Source of the DNA: an uncultured Bacilli bacterium
GTDB taxonomy: Bacteria > Bacillota_I > Bacilli_A > RF39 > UBA660
Assembly (NCBI GenBank): GCA_944329385.1
Contig: CALVIE010000002.1
Coordinates: 775 to 64,774, forward strand
DNA: 64,000 nucleotides
Direction of reading: 5' to 3'
Position 1 is the first letter of the stretch, and each line of letters starts with the position of its first letter. This document shows positions 1 to 6,601 of the stretch, in pieces. A program made the position numbers and the translations under genes. A model generated the notes under the pieces. It was not told the origin of the DNA. It worked only from the letters and a program-made list of their open reading frames with translations, and did no database searches.

Positions 1-1
1 A

Positions 2-274
2 TATGCGGCAGGAAGTAGTTGTTTATCAACAGAACTTTATAATTATGATGGTGATTGTAAAAACAGTGATTATTTATCAGGATTAACTGAATGGTTACAG
101 GCTCCTCATGCCAGTCTTAGTTCCCGTGCAGCCCTTTTGAACAGTACTGGCTCTGTCAACGGTAACAACCTCGTGTCCGGCACCATCGCCGTCCGCCCAG
201 TCTTATATCTAAACACAAATGTACAAATCACAGGTGGAGATGGCAGTCAAGGAAATGCATTTCAATTGGGATAG
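2..274 (+). CDS. C-terminal fragment of a secreted lectin-like protein (5' end outside window)
   Basis: Frame 2 is open from the window edge to TAG at 272-274. The tail reads ...WLQAPHASLSSRAALLNSTGSVNGNNLVSGTIAVRPVLYLNTNVQITGGDGSQGNAFQLG. It is paralogous to the C-terminus of 14642..15550 (WWTLS...GRPSFYLSADIKIIGGDGSQSNPYMIE). Confidence 0.6.
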   Translation, partial: YAAGSSCLSTELYNYDGDCKNSDYLSGLTEWLQAPHASLSSRAALLNSTGSVNGNNLVSGTIAVRPVLYLNTNVQITGGDGSQGNAFQLG

Positions 275-395
275 AGCAGCGAAGCGTCCCCTGTAAGGCG
301 AAGTCTTACGGGGACAGGCCCAAATTTCAAGGCAAAGCAAGGTCTTGTTAAGATTGGTGTGTAAATTTTTGATAAATTTTGAAAAGAGTGTATAA

Positions 396-426
396 TTTAG
401 TATGTAGAAAGCATACTAAATTTTTG
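396..426 (+). terminator. Rho-independent terminator candidate
   Basis: 9-bp stem tttagtatg/catactaaa with a 7-nt loop, followed by TTTTT. Confidence 0.5.
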
Positions 427-512
427 TTGTAAAAAAGTGTTAAATTTATTAGGTTACTTTTGTTTTTGGGGTAAAAATGATATAATTGATATGTAATAAT
501 GGAGAGGATATC

Positions 513-2696
513 ATGGCGAAAAAGAAAAGCAGAAAACAAAAGAAGGAACAGCCTTCTTATAGTATAGAGTTAAAAGGGATTGTACTTATTTTAATTATGA
601 TAATTGGGTGCTGTCCATTTGGAGTTACAGCTGATATTATTAAAGGGTTTGCCGGTTTTTTGGCTGGTGGATGGTATATTTTACCTTTAGTGGCTACTGG
701 TGCGGCTGGAATATATATGATGGTTAAAAGAGAAAAACCTGATTTTTTAACTTCAAGATTAGTGGGCCTTTATATTTTGGTGATTGGTGTACTTATTTTA
801 TCACATACAGAATATATTAAAGCTATGGGAAATAATGATATTTCGGCGTGGGAAATTATTATCGCAACAATAGATAATTTAATGGCGTTTGTTAATCATA
901 CAGCTGATATTCAAGGCGGAGGTATGCTTGGGGCTATTTTTTCAGTTATTGGGGTGAAATTACTTACTTTAGAGGGAACTAGGGTTGTTTGTTTTGCTTT
1001 GATTATTTGCGGTTTAATTATGTTTACTGGTATATCTATTTATGATGCAGTACGTGGAGTTAAAAATAAAGTTAAACAAGCTAAAGAAGTTAAAATAAAT
1101 AAAAAAGCGGAAAAAGCGGCTAAGGAGGCCGAGGAAGAGTTTGAAAATGAAGATAAGAAAGTTGTTATTTCATCAATTGATGAACTTCCGAAAGAGCCTG
1201 TTAAAGAGGAACAAACAGAATCTAAAGAAATTCATATTGATAGTTCTGGTTATAATAAACCGCCAATTGGTCTTTTAGTAAAACCAAAAATAAAAAAAGA
1301 AGCAATTAAAGCTAATCAAGATTCAATTAAGAATAATGTGACTGAACTTGAAAAAGTTATTAAAGATTTTGGCGTTGAAGGTAAAGTGGTAGCGGCTAAT
1401 ATTGGTCCGTCTGTTACCCAGTATGAGCTTGAAATTAAATCTGGAACTAGACTTTCTAAAATTACGGCTTTGAATAAAGAAATTGCTTTAGAGCTTGGTG
1501 CTAGAGATGTGCGTATACAGGCACCTATTCCTGGAAAGAAAACGGTAGGAATTGAACTTCCTAATAAATCTATTATGCCTGTTTCAATTAGAGAAATTTT
1601 AGAAGCGGTACCTAAAAGTAAAGATAATTCTAAGTTGCTTGTTGCTTTAGGCAAAAGCATTATGGGCGATTCGGTTTGGTGTGAAATTGATAAAACTCCA
1701 CATTTGTTAGTGGCAGGTTCTACTGGTAGTGGTAAATCAGTGTGTATTAATAGTATGATTACATCTATTTTGATGAGAACTAAGCCAGATGAAGTAAAGC
1801 TTGTATTAGTAGATCCTAAAAAAGTTGAACTTTCAATGTATAATGGAGTTCCACATTTACTTACACCGGTGGTTACTGATCCTAAAAAAGCTAATATTGT
1901 TTTACAAAAAATTGTTAAAATAATGGAAGATAGATACGATTTATTTGAAGGAAGTAAAACAAAAAATATAGCTGGTTATAATGCTTATGTTGATAAGAAA
2001 AATGAAAGTTTGCCAGATGATGAAAAGATAAATAGACTTTCTTATATAGTGGTTATTATCGATGAGCTTGCAGATTTGATGCTTGTTGCAGCTAAAGAGG
2101 TTGAGGATTCAATCATGCGAATTACACAGATGGCAAGAGCGGCTGGTATTCATTTGATAGTTGCAACTCAAAGACCTAGTACAGATGTTATTACTGGTGT
2201 AGTTAAAGCAAATATTCCATCACGTATTTCTTTTGCAGTATCTTCTAGTATTGATTCTAGAACCATTTTAGATATGAGTGGGGCTGAAAAATTACTTGGT
2301 AAAGGTGATATGCTTTTTTTGCCACAAGGTGAGAGTATTCCGACACGTGTTCAAGGTACTTTTGTTAGTGATGATGAGATTAAAGCGGTTGTCGATTATA
2401 CTATTTCTCAGCAAAAAGCCATGTATGACAGTTCTTTGACTATTTCTGATGAAGATAAAGGTGCGACAACGATGGTAGAAGATGATGATTATGAAGAACC
2501 GCTTTATAATGAAATTAGGGAATTTGTTATTACCCAAGGTAAAGCTAGTGCGTCACTTTTACAAAGAAGATTTAGACTTGGTTATAATAGGGCGGCTAGA
2601 TGTATTGATTTACTTGAAGAAAGAGGAATTGTAGGACCTCCTAATGGTTCAAAACCAAGGGAAGTACTAGTAAAATTAGAGAAGAAGGATGAGTAA
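513..2696 (+). CDS. ftsK: DNA translocase FtsK/SpoIIIE
   Basis: N-terminal TM helices, Walker A GSTGSGKS, Walker B IVVIIDELADLM, and a C-terminal gamma winged-helix LLQRRFRLGYNRAARCIDLLEERGIV. ATG at 513 lies 6 nt after RBS ggagagg, so it is preferred over the TTG at 486. Confidence 0.95.
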   Translation: MAKKKSRKQKKEQPSYSIELKGIVLILIMIIGCCPFGVTADIIKGFAGFLAGGWYILPLVATGAAGIYMMVKREKPDFLTSRLVGLYILVIGVLILSHTEYIKAMGNNDISAWEIIIATIDNLMAFVNHTADIQGGGMLGAIFSVIGVKLLTLEGTRVVCFALIICGLIMFTGISIYDAVRGVKNKVKQAKEVKINKKAEKAAKEAEEEFENEDKKVVISSIDELPKEPVKEEQTESKEIHIDSSGYNKPPIGLLVKPKIKKEAIKANQDSIKNNVTELEKVIKDFGVEGKVVAANIGPSVTQYELEIKSGTRLSKITALNKEIALELGARDVRIQAPIPGKKTVGIELPNKSIMPVSIREILEAVPKSKDNSKLLVALGKSIMGDSVWCEIDKTPHLLVAGSTGSGKSVCINSMITSILMRTKPDEVKLVLVDPKKVELSMYNGVPHLLTPVVTDPKKANIVLQKIVKIMEDRYDLFEGSKTKNIAGYNAYVDKKNESLPDDEKINRLSYIVVIIDELADLMLVAAKEVEDSIMRITQMARAAGIHLIVATQRPSTDVITGVVKANIPSRISFAVSSSIDSRTILDMSGAEKLLGKGDMLFLPQGESIPTRVQGTFVSDDEIKAVVDYTISQQKAMYDSSLTISDEDKGATTMVEDDDYEEPLYNEIREFVITQGKASASLLQRRFRLGYNRAARCIDLLEERGIVGPPNGSKPREVLVKLEKKDE

Positions 2697-2773
2697 TCTT
2701 TCTTTTTATGTCTAGTTTTGGCGAAGTTATTTTTTTATGATGGAAAAAGTGCTAAAGTAAGATTGGTGATGAT

Positions 2774-3100
2774 ATGCTAGAGATAGATATGACCTCGAGG
2801 TATGGTATTTTGTTTGTGAGGTTATTTGGTGAAGTAACTAAAAAAACAAGAAAAAAATTAAATGATGAAGCTGGGGCATTAATTAAGAAAGCCGGAATAT
2901 TGAATGTTGTTTTTAATTTGGAAAATGTAAGTATGATGGATGAAAGTGGATTTAAGACAGTTGTTAAATATTATAATTTATGTAACAGAAATAATGGTAA
3001 TAGCTTGATTTGTTTAAGCAAAAATCGTTTTAATTTTGATTTTACTAGATTTAATATGGTTCCTGATGAATTTTCAGCTATTAAAGTAGTCAATATATGA
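2774..3100 (+). CDS. STAS-domain anti-sigma-factor antagonist (SpoIIAA-like)
   Basis: 108 aa with the STAS pattern ...VVFNLENVSMMDESGFKTVV... It sits immediately upstream of a SigF-type sigma factor. Confidence 0.7.
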   Translation: MLEIDMTSRYGILFVRLFGEVTKKTRKKLNDEAGALIKKAGILNVVFNLENVSMMDESGFKTVVKYYNLCNRNNGNSLICLSKNRFNFDFTRFNMVPDEFSAIKVVNI

Positions 3101-3110
3101 GGGGGAGATT

Positions 3111-3749
3111 ATGGATGAGATAAAAGAAGTTATTTTAAATAATAGTAATTTGATATATAGTATTGCAAGTAAATTTAAAGGTCATGATATTGATGATTTA
3201 TTTCAAGTGGGATGTATCGGGATGATTGAAGCTTATAGGAATTTTGATAAGAGTAAGAATGTAAAATTTACGACTTATGCTTATCCTTTTATTTTAGGTA
3301 AAATTTCGGAATATGTAAGAGAAAATCATAATGTGCGTGTTAGTAAGGACGTGCAGAGAATGAAAAAGAAAATTTTAAAGGTAAGGGAGGCTTTGACTCA
3401 AGAGTTAATGAGGGAACCTTCCAATATTGAAATTAGTGATTATTTAGATATTCCACTTAAGAATTTAGAGCGAATTATGAGTTATGGTTTAGATGGGGTT
3501 AGTTTGGATGAGGTTTATTTGGATGATTTATCACTTTATGATGTAATAGGTGATAAAGTGATAGATTATAACACTTTAACTTTTTTAAAAGATGAAATAA
3601 ATAAATTAAAGGAACCTGAACGTTCAATTATGATTAAAAGATATTTTGAAGATAGGACACAATGCGATACAGCTTTTGATTTGGGGTTGAGTCAGGTTGA
3701 GGTATCTAGAAAAGAAAAGAAGGTTTTGGTTAAGCTTCGTCAGATATAA
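3111..3749 (+). CDS. Sigma-70 family sporulation-type sigma factor (SigF/SigG/SigB group)
   Basis: Region 2 DDLFQVGCIGMIEAYRNFDKSKNVKFTTYAYPFILGKISEYVRE and region 4 HTH GLSQVEVSRKEKKVLVKLR. RBS gggggag lies upstream. Confidence 0.85.
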   Translation: MDEIKEVILNNSNLIYSIASKFKGHDIDDLFQVGCIGMIEAYRNFDKSKNVKFTTYAYPFILGKISEYVRENHNVRVSKDVQRMKKKILKVREALTQELMREPSNIEISDYLDIPLKNLERIMSYGLDGVSLDEVYLDDLSLYDVIGDKVIDYNTLTFLKDEINKLKEPERSIMIKRYFEDRTQCDTAFDLGLSQVEVSRKEKKVLVKLRQI

Positions 3750-3795
3750 TTGACAATCATAATTCATTACACTATAATTAATAATAGGTGATGGT

Positions 3796-4200
3796 ATGAA
3801 AAAAGGTTTTACTTTGGCTGAATTACTCGGAGTTATTGTTATTTTAGGTCTTATTGCGATGATTGCGATTCCAACTATTAATAGTGCTATAAATTCATCA
3901 AGGGATAAGGCTTATGATGAACAGATTAGAACTATTGAAGAAGCTTCGAGAACATATATATCTAAAAACTCATTAAAATTGCCAAATATGACTGAAGGAA
4001 GTACGTGCTGTTTAAGAGTTGAAACGTTACAGGAAGCGGGTTTACTTAAAGCTGATGATATTAAAAATCCAAAGTATGTTAAGGACAGTACGGATACTGA
4101 TGAGAGATTTGAAAATTTTAATGGTTCAGTAATCATTACCTTTACTAAAAATAAATACAATTATGAGTATGTAAATGATAATACATGCACTCCTTGTTAG
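3796..4200 (+). CDS. Prepilin-type N-terminal cleavage/methylation domain protein (type IV pilin/pseudopilin-like)
   Basis: MKKGFTLAELLGVIVILGLIAMIAIP is a canonical class III signal (G|FTLxE plus a hydrophobic helix). The globular part contains two Cys pairs. Confidence 0.85.
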   Translation: MKKGFTLAELLGVIVILGLIAMIAIPTINSAINSSRDKAYDEQIRTIEEASRTYISKNSLKLPNMTEGSTCCLRVETLQEAGLLKADDIKNPKYVKDSTDTDERFENFNGSVIITFTKNKYNYEYVNDNTCTPC

Positions 4201-4259
4201 GGTGCATTTTTTGTATAGAAAAAAACTTTTGATTCATAATAGTTTTAGGAGGAAATTAT

Positions 4260-4697
4260 ATGAAACAAAGTTATCAAGATATTGTTAGTAAAAATAGTCC
4301 AAAAGAAAATGTTTTAATGAATGCCGTTGTAGCTTTTATTTCTGGTGGTTTAATGGGGATAATAGCCCAGTTTTTAATTGATGGCTATAGTGCGTGGCTT
4401 GATATTTCAACTAAAGAAGCGACAAGCATTATGCTTGTTACATTAATATTTTTGAGTTGTTTGTTTACTTCTTTAGGTTTTTTTGATAAATGGGTTAATT
4501 TTTGTAAATGCGGACTTATTATTCCAATTACAGGATTTGCTCATGCAACAATGAGCGCAGCTTTGGAGTATAGAAAAGAAGGCTTAGTTACGGGTATTGG
4601 TATGAATATGCTTAAACTTTCTGGAGCTGTTATTATTTTTGGCGTTGTAAGCAGTTTTGTATTTAGTTTAATTAGGATGGTGGTGGGACTTATATGA
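4260..4697 (+). CDS. spoVAC: Stage V sporulation protein AC
   Basis: 145-aa polytopic membrane protein of typical SpoVAC length and sequence, placed directly before spoVAD/spoVAE. RBS aggagg. Confidence 0.85.
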   Translation: MKQSYQDIVSKNSPKENVLMNAVVAFISGGLMGIIAQFLIDGYSAWLDISTKEATSIMLVTLIFLSCLFTSLGFFDKWVNFCKCGLIIPITGFAHATMSAALEYRKEGLVTGIGMNMLKLSGAVIIFGVVSSFVFSLIRMVVGLI

Positions 4698-5680
4698 CAT
4701 TTAAGTTTAATAATGTTTATATAAATGCATCATCTACGGTAACGGGTCCTTATGAAAGCAATGGTCCTATTGGAAAGTATTTTGATTTGTGTCACGGAGA
4801 TTTATATTTTGGAAATAGGAATTGGGAGGAAGCTGAGGAGTATTTAATTAAAGAAAGTTTTAGTATTTTAGAAAAAAAATGTGGAGTTAATTTAAAAGAT
4901 ATAGATCTTTTTATTGGTGGTGATTTATTAAATCAAATTGCTCCTTCTAATTATGCGATGAGTAATTTTGATAAGAGTTTTATTGGAATTTATGCGGCAT
5001 GTGCGACATCAACTTTAGGACTTATTTTAGGAGGAAGTTTGATTGAAGGTGGTTTTGCGAAAAAAATATTAACATTTACGTCATCACATAATATGGCTGC
5101 TGAAAAACAATATCGTTATCCGACAGAATATGGAGGTCCAAAACCAAAGACAGTGACGTTTACAGCTACGGGAGCGGCTTCATGTTTACTTACTTCAAGT
5201 GGTAATATTAAACTTGAAAGCGGAACAATTGGTACATCTGTCGATTCTACGGTAAAAGATGTTTTTAATATGGGGGCTGTAATGGCTAAGGCGGCAGCTG
5301 ATACGATAGTTAGACATTTGAAGGATACTGGACGAGATATTGATTATTATGATTTGATTTTAACAGGTGATTTGGGAGTATATGGTAAGAAAATTTTAAA
5401 GGAGTATATGAATATGGAATATGGAATAAAACTAAAAAAATATAACGATACTGGAGTAATGCTTTATGATAGAAAAGAGCAGCCAGTTTATGCGGGAGCT
5501 TCTGGGCCTGTTTGTGCACCGCTTGTTACTTATAGTTATATATTTGATGAGATGCGTAAGGGAAAATATAAAAAAGTACTTTTGGCGGCAACTGGGGCAC
5601 TTATGAGTCCTACAATGGTTAATCATAAGCTTTCTATTCCAGCTATTTGTCATGCGGTTAGTTTGGAGGCTACTATATGA
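4694..5680 (+). CDS. spoVAD: Stage V sporulation protein AD
   Basis: 328 aa with a thiolase-like fold. The N-terminus ...STVTGPYESNGPIGKYFD resembles SpoVAD. A 4-nt overlap gives translational coupling with spoVAC. Confidence 0.85.
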   Translation: MTFKFNNVYINASSTVTGPYESNGPIGKYFDLCHGDLYFGNRNWEEAEEYLIKESFSILEKKCGVNLKDIDLFIGGDLLNQIAPSNYAMSNFDKSFIGIYAACATSTLGLILGGSLIEGGFAKKILTFTSSHNMAAEKQYRYPTEYGGPKPKTVTFTATGAASCLLTSSGNIKLESGTIGTSVDSTVKDVFNMGAVMAKAAADTIVRHLKDTGRDIDYYDLILTGDLGVYGKKILKEYMNMEYGIKLKKYNDTGVMLYDRKEQPVYAGASGPVCAPLVTYSYIFDEMRKGKYKKVLLAATGALMSPTMVNHKLSIPAICHAVSLEATI

Positions 5681-6027
5681 TATATTTAAATGCTTTTATT
5701 TTTGCTGGATTAGTATGTGCTTTGGGACAAATTATTTTAGATACAACTAAATTGACACCTGGTCATATTACGGTTATATTTGTGGTTGTTGGAGCTTTTT
5801 TGGATATTTTTAATATATATGATAGGCTTGTTTTGTGGGCAGGTGGTGGTGCACTTGTACCAATTACAAGTTTTGGTCATAATTTAATTCATGGGGCAAT
5901 TCATGGATATAATACTGAGGGTGTTTTAGGACTTTTTAGTGGAACTTTAGATTTAACAGCAGCTGGTATTAGTGCGGCTATTATATTTGCTTTCTTTTTG
6001 TCACTTGTTTTTGAACCTAAAGATTAA
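5677..6027 (+). CDS. spoVAEB: Stage V sporulation protein AE (AEB type)
   Basis: 116-aa membrane protein related to SpoVAC, with a 4-nt overlap with spoVAD. Confidence 0.8.
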   Translation: MIYLNAFIFAGLVCALGQIILDTTKLTPGHITVIFVVVGAFLDIFNIYDRLVLWAGGGALVPITSFGHNLIHGAIHGYNTEGVLGLFSGTLDLTAAGISAAIIFAFFLSLVFEPKD

Positions 6028-6030
6028 ACT

Positions 6031-6054
6031 TCTAGTGTTTACTAGATGTTTTTT
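6031..6054 (+). terminator. Weak terminator candidate after the spoVA genes
   Basis: Stem tctagt/actaga with loop gttt, followed by tgtttttt. Confidence 0.4.
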
Positions 6055-6055
6055 A

Positions 6056-6084
6056 TTGACAAACCTTTGTTCGTTTAGTAGAAT
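6056..6084 (+). promoter_or_regulatory. SigA-type promoter
   Basis: TTGACA (6056-6061), 17-nt spacer, TAGAAT (6079-6084). Confidence 0.6.
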
Positions 6085-6142
6085 GGTTATAGCAAATATA
6101 AGTATTGACATTGATGATATAATAGTTTTGGATGTGATTAAA

Positions 6143-6601
6143 ATGTTTGTTGTTGGTTATAAAGCTTTTAATAAAGATTTGACTAATAGATATGGTGATA
6201 AATTTGAGGTTGGAAAGGTTTATCATGCAGATGGTGAAATTAAGTGGGGAAATAATGGCAATGGCTTTCATTTATGTACATATTTAGAGGATTGTTTTAG
6301 ATATGTAGATCCTAATATTTCATTAATAACTGAGGTAATTGGTTTTGGTAAGATAAAAAAATATGATGATGATTATTATGGATATTATGATATGTATGTG
6401 TGTGAAAATTTGAGGGTTGTTAGGGTGATTTCTAGAGAAGAAATTATTAGTATGATGCTTAATACGTATGATGATAGAAAAGATAGATTTATTAGGGATT
6501 TTAATTTAACTTTAGATGAGTTAAAATTGTTTGAAGGAGTGGATGAATATGGATCAAATTATAGTGAAAGGTGCGAGGGAAAACAATTTAAAAAATATTA
6601 A
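6143..6601 (+). CDS. Hypothetical protein (DUF7666-like by recollection)
   Basis: The internal ATG at 6143 gives MFVVGYKAFNKDLTNRYGDKFEVGKVYHADGEIKWGNNGNGFHLCTYLEDCFRYVD. The upstream part of the tracked ORF (5972-) overlaps spoVAE and the promoter. The 3' end overlaps the uvrA start by about 50 nt. Confidence 0.5.
   Translation: MFVVGYKAFNKDLTNRYGDKFEVGKVYHADGEIKWGNNGNGFHLCTYLEDCFRYVDPNISLITEVIGFGKIKKYDDDYYGYYDMYVCENLRVVRVISREEIISMMLNTYDDRKDRFIRDFNLTLDELKLFEGVDEYGSNYSERCEGKQFKKY

Noticed and set aside
369-396. TTGATA-16-TATAAT promoter-like element upstream of ftsK.
   Set aside because: Its -10 box overlaps the left arm of a terminator hairpin (396-426), so it is probably fortuitous. A weaker extended -10 (TGaTATAAT at 478-486) is the more likely ftsK promoter, but it is not strong enough to list.
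348-539. A 63-aa minus-strand ORF upstream of ftsK. The analogous ORFs 13967..14185 and 63278..63535 were treated the same way.
   Set aside because: These ORFs cover promoter or terminator regions, or overlap the starts of well-supported + strand genes (XRE, mnaA). They are probably spurious.
1316-1660. An antisense 114-aa ORF inside ftsK. Similar antisense or alternative-frame ORFs occur at 2292..2537, 7301..7489, 8240..8506, 16966..17208, 19393..19758, 22185..22475, 42358..42888 and 50842..51165.
   Set aside because: These ORFs lie wholly inside well-supported genes on the opposite strand or in another frame. They have low-complexity, biased composition and no RBS. They are typical shadow ORFs of an AT-rich genome.
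5972-6142. The N-terminal extension of the 209-aa ORF.
   Set aside because: It overlaps the spoVAE 3' end, the terminator and a consensus promoter. The conserved-looking protein starts at ATG 6143.
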